IMG/VR virus record: IMGVR_UViG_3300021225_000305
Location: 1 to 58,299 of that record
Length of the DNA: 58,299 nucleotides
Strand: one strand, 5' to 3'
Source: a virus
Lineage: Duplodnaviria > Caudoviricetes
Every line of letters begins with the position of its first letter. Position 1 is the first letter of the stretch. Both the position numbers and the translations under genes were made by a program. Shown in pieces: positions 37,076-46,704 of this stretch. Below the pieces are notes generated by a model, which saw nothing but the letters and a program-made list of their open reading frames with translations, had not been told where the DNA came from and ran no database searches.

Positions 37076-37705
37076 ATGAAGTATTTGAATTATTTGCCTG
37101 TTATTTTAAATGATGGAAATCATTTAGTTACGGGTTTAAATGTTGGAGATGTTAGAATACATATGTCACTTCATCAAAATGGTCAGGATGCAGAGTATTG
37201 GACGAATATTGATTGCACAGTACACTCGGATTATTTAAGCTGGAAAAAGGGAGATAGCGTATTTATTAAATACAATGAGATACGTGAAGTATGTGGTGTT
37301 TATGGTGTATCTAATAGAATCATATTTGATGGAGATTCTAAAGTTCATCTTATTAATCCCGAATATGTTTATCTTACAATTCGTGATGGAGAAATTATTG
37401 TTCCTAACGGTTTTTCTTTAGTACTTCCTGTTATAGAAAATAAACCTAAGAGTGAAAGTATTATAACTATTGATAAGGATGAAGAAGATACTTACGAGAA
37501 GGATGTATGGAGAGTTGTTAAAGTAGGTGGTCCAAGTCCACTAAAAGAGCTTACCTTTGGTACTGATGCCATACCTCAAGAGGGTTGGTATATTAAAGTA
37601 AAGAAAGGAAGAGGTGTTCCTTTAGAGGCACACTTAAATAAAAAGTTGAAAGAAAGGTATTATTTAGTTAGGCATAATGAAGTGATGGCGTATGAAGTTC
37701 GATAG
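37076..37705 (+). CDS. GroES-like domain protein (possible capsid-folding co-chaperonin)
   Basis: C-half P.GF.LV.P.....SES.I...VVKVG.....G..I.......YYLVR.NEVMA; first gene of the head module. Confidence 0.5.
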   Translation: MKYLNYLPVILNDGNHLVTGLNVGDVRIHMSLHQNGQDAEYWTNIDCTVHSDYLSWKKGDSVFIKYNEIREVCGVYGVSNRIIFDGDSKVHLINPEYVYLTIRDGEIIVPNGFSLVLPVIENKPKSESIITIDKDEEDTYEKDVWRVVKVGGPSPLKELTFGTDAIPQEGWYIKVKKGRGVPLEAHLNKKLKERYYLVRHNEVMAYEVR

Positions 37706-38357
37706 TGCAGAATTTGAAAAATTAAAATATCCGATCCATAAAATACCTATGGATCAACCTGTGTTGTTTGAGTTTTCAGATTTATCTAAGTTCTCAATAA
37801 TATTCTCGGCAAATGATTTACCTAAGCAATTAGATCCAGATCTTGTTCTTAGATATTTAATTCTAATGTATGACTTAGGATCTCCAGGTCAAGGTATTCC
37901 CGATTTAAAGAGAAGAAAGACATGGGCTATGCAATGTCTGAATGTTGAGCCTCCATATCCGAAGCATATTACAGATATGCTATCGTGGAAGATTAAAGGA
38001 GTAAACAGAAGAGCAATATATTTCTTACTACTTATGGGTGGTGAGCAGTACATGGTTTGGAAGTCAGCAGAAGAAGCTCTCTTGCGTTATACTGAATTAG
38101 AGATTAAATTAGAGGCAGAAGATGAAGCGGCTCAAGCTAAGATAGTTCAAGCGGAAAAGACGCGAAGAGAAATTATTAATATGACGATGAGTCAAATTAC
38201 TGCTTCTAAAAATGAATTTTTACAAGGAGAAAAAAGTAAGGATCTTGATGACGAGTTGACGGAGTTTACTTTGCTCGACTCGCTCGGAATCAGACCTGAA
38301 GAATATATTCGAGAGTTTCAAGATAAAGGTGATGTATTTCCAGAGATAGATGCGTGA
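37692..38357 (+). CDS. Putative terminase small subunit or head-module protein
   Basis: Position directly upstream of, and overlapping, the large terminase; helical. Confidence 0.4.
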   Translation: MKFDSAEFEKLKYPIHKIPMDQPVLFEFSDLSKFSIIFSANDLPKQLDPDLVLRYLILMYDLGSPGQGIPDLKRRKTWAMQCLNVEPPYPKHITDMLSWKIKGVNRRAIYFLLLMGGEQYMVWKSAEEALLRYTELEIKLEAEDEAAQAKIVQAEKTRREIINMTMSQITASKNEFLQGEKSKDLDDELTEFTLLDSLGIRPEEYIREFQDKGDVFPEIDA

Positions 38358-40758
38358 TAGTAAGTACCCATATCAGAAGGCAGATCGTTCTGTATTTTTA
38401 AATACGGATGATGAGGACTTGTTTCAAATTGAAATCAATGTCCCTACGCCTGATGAGTATTACAATCTCCCATACGAAGAGGCAATAAAAAAAATAGACG
38501 GCTACGGAAATCCTCCTGAAAAACAAAAGTTTGAATATCAGGAGATGCCCTCTAAATTAAAAGACATTGAGGCTGTTATCAGAAAGAAAAAACAAATTAA
38601 GCCAAAGGATGTAGTCCGTCTTGAAGATATAGATGAGGAGCTGTTTAACAACGCTGCTTATTATTCGAAGGAGATTGTTTGGATTAAGAAACAAATAAGA
38701 AGGCATTACAAGGGTTATTTCTTTTTCAATAACGGTAAACCTACATATGTTCCAGGATGTATGTACACATATTTAAATTTCTGGCCAATAGGTAATCCTA
38801 AGAATAAGAACGGCTTACCTGAGTATAGAGATAGAGATAGAAGGTGGTTTGTAGGTGTAATGTATTCGTACACAACACGAGATGGCGTATTTAAATATAA
38901 GGTAGTTTATACCGATGGCAGCGACTCGTTTGTTAGATACTTTAATAACAAGAAAAGTGTAGATGAGTTTAAGGAGATTAATCCACAATGCTATGTTGAG
39001 GAGGGCAACTTTATAGTTGACACGGGAGAAAGGACAATGTATGGAGTTATCTATCCAAAGCACCGAAGAGAAGGGGCCACATCTCGCGCAGGATTCCTTA
39101 ATTGGTACGTTACGGCAACTCTAGGAATACAGCGTTTTGGCGGTATACAGTCAATGTCAGATTACCACTCCACTCAAGTATTTGTGGATCATATTGCAAA
39201 GCGTCTACGCAGAATGCCATTCTTCTTTAAGTTGATGACCGAAGGATCTTCTGTTCCAAAGGAGGCAATACAATTTACTGCCCCTGCAAATAGGACGGCA
39301 GGTGGTGTTGGGACAACTTCTCTGCCTCCACACGAGGGTTGGATAAACCACCGTCCATCAGGAGAGAGAGCGTACGATATGGAGAAGCTCCACTTTATTC
39401 ATCATGATGAGGTGGGTAAGGTTGATCCTAAAAATGGTATTAATGTTAATATCATCGATAGGTGGAGGGTTGTTATGAAGTGTCTTGCTCAAGGTCCTTA
39501 TATCCATGGGCTTGGGTTATTAACATCCACATTAGGTGAGATGGAGAAGGGAGGTGGTGATCAAATGAAGAGACTTATTCTTGCTTCTAAATTTGAATCT
39601 CGAAATGATAACGGACAAACAGCTTCAGGGTTGTTTACAATATTCTTTCCAGCTTACGATGGACTTGACGGTTTCATCGATGAATTTGGAAACTCTATTA
39701 TTGAAGATCCAAAGAGGCCTGTTAAAAATAGTGATGGCCGTTTAGTTTCAATTGGAGCTAAAACATATTTGCAAAATAAAAGAAAGTCATTTGAGGCAGG
39801 CGATGATCAGACTGGTTTGATTGAGGAAATGCAAAACTTTCCATTTACATTGAAAGAATGTTTCATGTCGGCATCAAAAGACTCATCTTTCCCTGTATTG
39901 AAAATTAGGAGAAGAATTAGTGAGTTGACATTCCAGCCTCATCTTACAAGAAGATACAATTTCGAGTGGGAGTCAGGCAGAGGATCTCGTGTTATTCTTA
40001 AAGAATCAGATGAGGGCAAGTTTATTATCTCTCACCTTCCTCCTCATGGATTAAGGAATCTAAAGGAATGGGATCCTGAAACAGAATCGTGGAGACCATC
40101 TTGGAATGTAATGAATAGGTATGTATTAGGAGCCGATCCAGCGAAATACGAAACGCATGAAGTAAGCGGAAAGAAGAAGTCTTATCACGCAGGAGCTATG
40201 TTCTATAAAAGAGATATGTCTATCGATGGTGATAATGGTAGTGAAATAAAATTGCGTAGTCAATGGAATAGTGATAAATTTGTACTCACTTACAAACAAA
40301 GAGATGTAAGCAGAGAGGAGTATGCTGACGATATGGCAAAGGCTTGTGTATTTTACGGGGCTATGTTGTATCCTGAGATGAACATCACTCACCTCTATGA
40401 ACATTTCTTAGAGTGGAAGCTTAGTGGGTACTTACTGTATGATATGAATGAGCAGGGGGAAAAGAAGCCATTGCCTGGTAGAATTACCACAGATGGATCT
40501 AACAACTCAGCAAAACAGGATATCTTTGACACGTGGGAACAGTACTTGAAAGATGGATGTGAGTATGAGAATCATATTGAAATTTTAGAAGAAACGGCAA
40601 ATATTGATGGGAGAGCAGAGATGACAAAGTACGATTTATTTACAGCAGGAGGCTATGCACTTTTGGGAAGTAAGTCATTATACCCTAAATTTGTAGAAAT
40701 GAATGAAGAAGCTTCTAAAATTGATGGTGAATTATTTGGTACTTTTGATTACTTTTGA
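38350..40758 (+). CDS. terL: Terminase large subunit
   Basis: Walker A-like K.RR.G.T, Walker B HHDEVGK, STLG, nuclease GADP..., MLYPE.N, T.YD...A; crAss-like length. Confidence 0.9.
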   Translation: MRDSKYPYQKADRSVFLNTDDEDLFQIEINVPTPDEYYNLPYEEAIKKIDGYGNPPEKQKFEYQEMPSKLKDIEAVIRKKKQIKPKDVVRLEDIDEELFNNAAYYSKEIVWIKKQIRRHYKGYFFFNNGKPTYVPGCMYTYLNFWPIGNPKNKNGLPEYRDRDRRWFVGVMYSYTTRDGVFKYKVVYTDGSDSFVRYFNNKKSVDEFKEINPQCYVEEGNFIVDTGERTMYGVIYPKHRREGATSRAGFLNWYVTATLGIQRFGGIQSMSDYHSTQVFVDHIAKRLRRMPFFFKLMTEGSSVPKEAIQFTAPANRTAGGVGTTSLPPHEGWINHRPSGERAYDMEKLHFIHHDEVGKVDPKNGINVNIIDRWRVVMKCLAQGPYIHGLGLLTSTLGEMEKGGGDQMKRLILASKFESRNDNGQTASGLFTIFFPAYDGLDGFIDEFGNSIIEDPKRPVKNSDGRLVSIGAKTYLQNKRKSFEAGDDQTGLIEEMQNFPFTLKECFMSASKDSSFPVLKIRRRISELTFQPHLTRRYNFEWESGRGSRVILKESDEGKFIISHLPPHGLRNLKEWDPETESWRPSWNVMNRYVLGADPAKYETHEVSGKKKSYHAGAMFYKRDMSIDGDNGSEIKLRSQWNSDKFVLTYKQRDVSREEYADDMAKACVFYGAMLYPEMNITHLYEHFLEWKLSGYLLYDMNEQGEKKPLPGRITTDGSNNSAKQDIFDTWEQYLKDGCEYENHIEILEETANIDGRAEMTKYDLFTAGGYALLGSKSLYPKFVEMNEEASKIDGELFGTFDYF

Positions 40759-40768
40759 TTATTAAAAT

Positions 40769-43099
40769 ATGAACGAATATACTGTACTGTGGCCTAAGGA
40801 TGATATCGATCCTAAAAAAAAGAATAACAACTGGTTATCTCAAGTTGGCCGTGCCATTTTTTATCGTTATGAAAATAACAAAACGTACTACAGTCGTAAT
40901 GACCTTGCTCGTTTATTTGAAATAAGAAACTACTCTGAAGGAAGACAAAGCCCTCAGAAGTATATCGATATGTGGGCTACTCGTGGAGATGAGAAATCTA
41001 AGGGTAACTCTAATTTTAATAACGCTAATGCACGAAGCAGACGTAAAGGATATGCAAATATTGACTTTACTCCATTCTCTATGGCTCCTGAGATCAAGAG
41101 AATTATCATGTCTGTGTTAGGTACAGAGAATCAAAGAATACAAGTAGACTCTATTAATCCTGATGCTCGCAATCAAAGAGCATTGAAGAAGTATCAATTA
41201 TATATTAAGAGTAAGTTAGATCCAATCTTAAGAAAAATAGGTAAGCCTCAAATCTCTGAAAATGAATTTGTTCCTGAAAACATTACAGAATTAGAGTTAT
41301 ATGAAACTCTTGGTGGTTTTAAATTGAACTTTGAGATCGGCATTGAGAAGCTTGCTGAGTTTGGATTTAAAAATAGTGACTGGACAAAGATTGAGCGTCA
41401 GCTTAAGGATGATGCTATGAACTACGGTTTTGTAGTTGTTAAAGATTATACTGATCCTGACACAGGAATGGCAAAGGTTAAGTATATTGATGTCACTAAA
41501 TTTGTTTGCGCTTGGACAGATGAGAGCCAAGGGGACAACAGTCCGTTTGCAGGTCACTTCCAAAAATACAGTTTGCCAGAGGTACGTAAAATTCTTCTTC
41601 AAAACGGATACTCAGATGACGAGACCGAAGGTCTTGTTTCAAAGATTGCTAAATGGTCCTACGACACTGTTTACGCTAATGATAGATACGGTTGGTCTTG
41701 GTATGCTCAACGTGACACTATTACAGACCGTATGCGTTATGATGACTTCTTTGTAGACGTTCTTGAGTTTGAATACATCTCTAAGGACAGTAATTACTTC
41801 AAGAAGAGAAATAGAGATGGAAGCGTGCAGTTCTATAAGGATATGTTTGGTGATGTTGTAAACACAGAGAAAAAGAAAACGGTAGTCATTGACGGTCATT
41901 TTATATATGAAGGATACTTCTTGCCAGGTGCGAATATTACTGTAGGTGGTAAGCAGAAGAACATGAAGAGAGTTAATAAGCAAAAGCCACAACTCTCTTA
42001 CCGTTTCCTAAGAATCCCTGGCAAGTCTATCACAGAGACTGCAATGCCTATTTATGACTCAATGCAAATCAATCACCTTAAGTTACAGGCCGCTAAATTA
42101 GCAGCTGCTCCTAAAGGTATTGCAATTGATATTGGAGCATTAAATATTAATAGTATTGCAGGTACTATGTACACTCCATTTGACCTTGTTCAAGTTTACT
42201 CACAGACGGGTAACTTCTTTTACAAGTCTTCAATACTTGGAGGTAAGGTAAATACTTCTCGTTCATTTGAAGAGTTGGAAGGTGGAATAGGTAAGCAGTT
42301 AGCTGAATGGATTACAGCGTATCAACACGATGTTGAAAAGTTATTGCAGATTACGGGTATTACTCCAACTATGGCTGGATCTCCTGCTAAAGGTGATAAG
42401 CTTGTTGGTATTGCAGAACTAGAAGTTGAGGCTACTAACAATGCGCTATGGCCATTGCAACAAGCTATTGAGCAAATTAAAATTAAAGCAGCTGAGAATA
42501 TTATCCTACGTGCTTTAACTACAATGAGGTATGATAAGGCTACTAGAGATTATTATAGCGGTGTATTTGGAGCTGCGTCTGTAGATGCTATGTTGACTGG
42601 AGCTGAAATGACTCTAGATGAATTAGGTCTTTCTCTCTCAAACAAAGTTTCCCAAACTCAAAAATATAAAATCATGGAAGCGGCAGAGACTGCTCTTAAA
42701 GTAGGCCGTAATGGTATGCCTGAGATTGAGCTTGCTGATTACACCATGATCATTGAGATGTTAGAGAAGGGTAGAATTAAAGAGGCTACATGGTACTTGA
42801 ATTACAAGTCAGCAAAGAAGAGAAAGTATAATGATGAAATGGCTGCTCAAAACCAACAGGCACAATCTCAATCATTGATTGATTTAGAAAAAGCTAAATT
42901 GGATGCAGAAATTGCTAAGATCGAAGCTAAGAAAAATGCTACTATTGAACAAGAGACTGTACTCTCTCAATTAAGAATACAAGAAGCTCAAGCTTTACAG
43001 GCTGCTAAGACAGAAGGTAATATTGCTGAAATTAAGACAGAGGCATATCTTCAAGAACAGACTGGAGCAGAGATTACAGGATCGATGAGAAAAAAGTAA
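40769..43099 (+). CDS. Portal protein
   Basis: 776 aa after TerL; YD..Q..HLKLQ...A.P.G..ID, Y.QTG..., ITGI motifs and Q-rich C-terminal helix. Confidence 0.85.
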   Translation: MNEYTVLWPKDDIDPKKKNNNWLSQVGRAIFYRYENNKTYYSRNDLARLFEIRNYSEGRQSPQKYIDMWATRGDEKSKGNSNFNNANARSRRKGYANIDFTPFSMAPEIKRIIMSVLGTENQRIQVDSINPDARNQRALKKYQLYIKSKLDPILRKIGKPQISENEFVPENITELELYETLGGFKLNFEIGIEKLAEFGFKNSDWTKIERQLKDDAMNYGFVVVKDYTDPDTGMAKVKYIDVTKFVCAWTDESQGDNSPFAGHFQKYSLPEVRKILLQNGYSDDETEGLVSKIAKWSYDTVYANDRYGWSWYAQRDTITDRMRYDDFFVDVLEFEYISKDSNYFKKRNRDGSVQFYKDMFGDVVNTEKKKTVVIDGHFIYEGYFLPGANITVGGKQKNMKRVNKQKPQLSYRFLRIPGKSITETAMPIYDSMQINHLKLQAAKLAAAPKGIAIDIGALNINSIAGTMYTPFDLVQVYSQTGNFFYKSSILGGKVNTSRSFEELEGGIGKQLAEWITAYQHDVEKLLQITGITPTMAGSPAKGDKLVGIAELEVEATNNALWPLQQAIEQIKIKAAENIILRALTTMRYDKATRDYYSGVFGAASVDAMLTGAEMTLDELGLSLSNKVSQTQKYKIMEAAETALKVGRNGMPEIELADYTMIIEMLEKGRIKEATWYLNYKSAKKRKYNDEMAAQNQQAQSQSLIDLEKAKLDAEIAKIEAKKNATIEQETVLSQLRIQEAQALQAAKTEGNIAEIKTEAYLQEQTGAEITGSMRKK

Positions 43100-43128
43100 A
43101 ATAAAAAACACACACAAATAATACACGT

Positions 43129-44214
43129 ATGGAAAATGAAGTAAAAGCAACAAGCATCTTTGATGCATTGGGGTTATCTCCTGAACAAAGTAATGTACAG
43201 GAAAATGCTCCTGTAGTAAATAATACTACAGATAATAATGAAGCTCAAAACAATGAGCCTGCTGATAACACGCCTATTGAAGAGCCTACGTTTAAGGCAT
43301 CTGACCTTAAGGCAATCTTTGGTGATTTTGAGTCTATCGATTCTATCAAAGAGAAGTACATGACTATTGAAGAGCGTGCTAAAAAGTTTGAGGAGTTTGA
43401 GCCTTATATTGCAGAGAGAGAAACTCTTGTTAGTCAATTAGAATCTCCTTTTGCAAATGAGAAGTTAGCGAACTTAAATGCCTTTATTAAAGGAACTGGA
43501 ATCAACGACTTAGAAGTTGCCAATAAATTTGTTGGAAAAACAGCCTCTGATATGCGTGAAACTCCTATCCAAACTATGGCACTTGCTGAGGTAATCAAAG
43601 ATCCTTCTTTATTAGAAGATTTGACTTTTGAAGAGATTTGCGAGACTATTGCAGAAGAGAATAACACCTATGTTAATGCCTCTAGTGAAGATATCCCAAA
43701 GACAATGAAAATGAAATTGGGAAAAAATATCTCTATAGTAGAAGAAAAATTAAAAAACATTGGTGAAAATAAAGATTTTATTGCATCTTTGCGTGAACAA
43801 ATTAACACTCAAAAAGAAAGTGTTAATAAGTTAGTTAGTGATTGGAAGCCGATTGTAACAGAGGCATCAAAGATTAACGAACTTGACATTGAGATTGATG
43901 GTTTAAAAGTAAAGACTTCGGTGTCGGAGGAGACTAGAAACCAAATTAATCAAGAGGTCATGGGAATTATTTCTTCGAACCCTTTACCTGCTACCGAACA
44001 AAATATGGATGCTATAAATATGTACATCCGCACCCGTGCCGAGGCTTTGGAGGCGAAGAATGTATATAAAGCTCTAATAACCGCTGTGAGAGGGGAGGCC
44101 CAAGAAGCAGCTCTTAGAGAGTTCCATAACGGATCGGAAGTAGTTAAACACGAGAAGCCTGACGGTAAGTCTGAGAAGTCTCAACTACAGAGGTACTTTG
44201 AATCACAACAATAA
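43129..44214 (+). CDS. Putative scaffolding protein
   Basis: Acidic, helical, low-complexity N-terminus; lies between portal and capsid genes. Confidence 0.6.
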   Translation: MENEVKATSIFDALGLSPEQSNVQENAPVVNNTTDNNEAQNNEPADNTPIEEPTFKASDLKAIFGDFESIDSIKEKYMTIEERAKKFEEFEPYIAERETLVSQLESPFANEKLANLNAFIKGTGINDLEVANKFVGKTASDMRETPIQTMALAEVIKDPSLLEDLTFEEICETIAEENNTYVNASSEDIPKTMKMKLGKNISIVEEKLKNIGENKDFIASLREQINTQKESVNKLVSDWKPIVTEASKINELDIEIDGLKVKTSVSEETRNQINQEVMGIISSNPLPATEQNMDAINMYIRTRAEALEAKNVYKALITAVRGEAQEAALREFHNGSEVVKHEKPDGKSEKSQLQRYFESQQ

Positions 44215-44245
44215 AAATGATTCATAACTTTTAAACTTAAGAAAA

Positions 44246-45667
44246 ATGGCAAATACATTTGCTCCTGTTTCGGGTGAAGGTTTAAATGGCGGTCTATTAT
44301 CGTTATTTGACGCTTCATACACAAGTGGACTCTTGGTTCCACATTACTTACGTACCTTGAAAAATAAGTACGGTGACAACGGTCTTTCTGACTTCCAACT
44401 TTTGATGGGATTAGGAATGAAGCGTGGTGTTCAAAACATCACTGGATGGCACTGGGAAAAAGGTTTCTACGATGCTCCAATCAACGGTACTGTTGATGCA
44501 ACTGGTGCTAGCCAAATCACTGTAGAAGTTACTGCTGAGACTGTAGGTTCTACTAACATTGATTTGATCTATGCTAAAGTTGGTCAAGTAGTTATGATTG
44601 CTAGCGAAGCAACTCTTCCTTTGGCTCGTGTATCTGCTGTATCTGCTCCTGTATCTAACGTATACACTGTAACTCTTGATGCTGTTCAAACAGGATCTCT
44701 TACTGGAGTTTCTGGTGATGTTACTTTGATCGTTGTAGGTTCTGCTTGGGCTGAAGGTTCAGACCAACCAACTTCATCTCAGTCTTTCTGGACTAAGTAC
44801 AACTGGCAAACTCAAATCTTCAAAGAAACTTATGAGTTGACTGGTACTCAAAAAACCAACGCTCCTCAATTCATGGAAGTTGAGTATGGTGATGGTCGTA
44901 CTAAGAAGATGAACGGTTTCTTCTACGAAGGTCAAGACGAAGCTGAATATCGTTTGATCAAGCAAATCGCTTTGTCAATGATCTTCGGTCAAGCTCAAAC
45001 TAATGCTGCTGTTCCACAAACTTTCTCTGGTCTTGACGCTGAGATTGGTTCTCGTGGATACACTGCTGAGATTGGTGCTGCTACTGGATCTTTCGGTGTT
45101 GATGATTTGCGTACTATTGCTACTGAAATGTCTAAGCGTTACTCTAGCAATTTGTTCTTGACTTGGTTAACTCAAGAGTTGTACTCTGAAATCAACCAAG
45201 ATGCTAACTCAACTAACTACTTTGGAAATGCTAACGTAAACGCATTGAACTCTGCTGTTGCTGATGTATTCTTTGGTGGAAACATGAGTGATGTTGAGTC
45301 TTTGACTGGTACTCTTTCATTCCAAGGTTTGATTGTTGACGGATTTAACTTCATGTTGAAGCAAGCTCGTTTCATGCAAGATCCAACTACTTTGGCTGCT
45401 GTTAATAACGATGCTTTACGCCGCCGTGGATGGGTTATTCCATTGAACAAGATGGCTGATGCTGAAGGTGTTCTTCGCAACCGTATCGAGTTGGTTTACA
45501 AGGAAATGAACGGATATAGCCGCTTCATGGAAATCACTGACGATGGACGTGCTTCTGCTCGTAAGATCGGACCAAGTGACGTTGCTAAACTTTACTTGTC
45601 TTCAGACTTAGGATTTGACTTCTTCGTATTGGAGCAGTTCTCTAAACTTGTTCCAACTGGGGAATAA
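44246..45667 (+). CDS. Major capsid protein
   Basis: 473 aa with strong high-expression codon bias; VVGSAW.EGS..., N.TQIFK..Y..TG motif; followed by a terminator. Confidence 0.85.
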   Translation: MANTFAPVSGEGLNGGLLSLFDASYTSGLLVPHYLRTLKNKYGDNGLSDFQLLMGLGMKRGVQNITGWHWEKGFYDAPINGTVDATGASQITVEVTAETVGSTNIDLIYAKVGQVVMIASEATLPLARVSAVSAPVSNVYTVTLDAVQTGSLTGVSGDVTLIVVGSAWAEGSDQPTSSQSFWTKYNWQTQIFKETYELTGTQKTNAPQFMEVEYGDGRTKKMNGFFYEGQDEAEYRLIKQIALSMIFGQAQTNAAVPQTFSGLDAEIGSRGYTAEIGAATGSFGVDDLRTIATEMSKRYSSNLFLTWLTQELYSEINQDANSTNYFGNANVNALNSAVADVFFGGNMSDVESLTGTLSFQGLIVDGFNFMLKQARFMQDPTTLAAVNNDALRRRGWVIPLNKMADAEGVLRNRIELVYKEMNGYSRFMEITDDGRASARKIGPSDVAKLYLSSDLGFDFFVLEQFSKLVPTGE

Positions 45668-45688
45668 TCTTTAGATTAAATATAAAAA

Positions 45689-45719
45689 GGGGAGGTGAGT
45701 TTCTCCCTCCCTTTTTTTT
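45689..45719 (+). terminator. Intrinsic terminator after MCP
   Basis: GGGAGG-tGAG-TTT-CTC-CCTCCC followed by T8. Confidence 0.8.
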
Positions 45720-45758
45720 CTTTTAACACACAAAAACACAAAATAAAAATATACACAT

Positions 45759-46622
45759 ATGCTATTTATAGATGGTGAAAAGTTCTCATTAGATACTGAA
45801 GAACTAAATCAACTTAAGTCAGTATTCCCTGACTTTATGTTAAAAAACAAATCTGTACGTCTTACACATAATGGTGATGTTGCAAGAAAATTGCAAACAA
45901 ATAATCCCTTAGTGCCTTTCGTTTTTTCTAAACCAAAATATGGAATGCTATTGTTCCATAATTATATCGATCCTGTAACAGGAGAGCAAAGAGAGATTCG
46001 CTATAGCGATGGTCCTGCTCAATTTAGAAGTGATGGACGTAAAGTTTTTTCTCAAAAATCTATGCCAATAGATTCTAATTTTGTTTTCGATCCTCGTAAG
46101 CATAAGGAATTATTGTGGTTTGTATATAACTTTAGTGGATTATTTCGCAATGGATTAAAGGGAAAGTCTAACTCTCCTTATAAATTCATGATGCCAGAGA
46201 AAGAAGCTACAGAACTTGCAAACTCTCAAATGGCAGAAGCTCGTGCTAAAGTAGCAGTTGCAAACTTGACTAAGGAGCAATTGATTGCATTTGCTAAGAG
46301 TAATGTAGGTGTAAATGCAGATGACACAAAAGAAGTTATTGTTGCACGTATCTACAATGCAATGGATAAGAAAGCTGAGTACCGTGAATATGTAATTGAC
46401 ACTCTAACTCCACCTCAAAATAATGACATCTTAGATATCATTGAGAAAGCGTGGAATTTAGATCGTTTAGTTCCAAGTATGGATGGAACGCAGACAATTC
46501 TTATTTCAAATGGCAAAGAGGTAACTCTTGCAGATCTTCCTGTAGATGACAAGCAAGGACTGGCAGACTTCCTTTCTAAGGACAAAAAAGCCTTAAACCT
46601 TGTTAAGAAGGCTATTAGCTAA
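45759..46622 (+). CDS. Conserved-position hypothetical protein after MCP
   Basis: 287-aa ORF; position typical of crAss-like head modules. Confidence 0.6.
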   Translation: MLFIDGEKFSLDTEELNQLKSVFPDFMLKNKSVRLTHNGDVARKLQTNNPLVPFVFSKPKYGMLLFHNYIDPVTGEQREIRYSDGPAQFRSDGRKVFSQKSMPIDSNFVFDPRKHKELLWFVYNFSGLFRNGLKGKSNSPYKFMMPEKEATELANSQMAEARAKVAVANLTKEQLIAFAKSNVGVNADDTKEVIVARIYNAMDKKAEYREYVIDTLTPPQNNDILDIIEKAWNLDRLVPSMDGTQTILISNGKEVTLADLPVDDKQGLADFLSKDKKALNLVKKAIS

Positions 46623-46644
46623 GAATATTTTATAAAAATCTGAA

Positions 46645-46675
46645 ATGGGGTACAGTTTGTACCCTATTTTTTTTT
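46645..46675 (+). terminator. Intrinsic terminator
   Basis: ATGGGGTAC-AGTTT-GTACCCTAT followed by a T run. Confidence 0.75.
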
Positions 46676-46704
46676 ATCTTCGTGGTATAATTCGTAATAA
46701 AAAA

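Noticed and set aside
38350-40758. Intein or intron in the terminase
   Set aside because: Continuous ORF; the ~50-aa extra segment before Walker A has no Cys/Ser...His-Asn splicing motifs or endonuclease signature.
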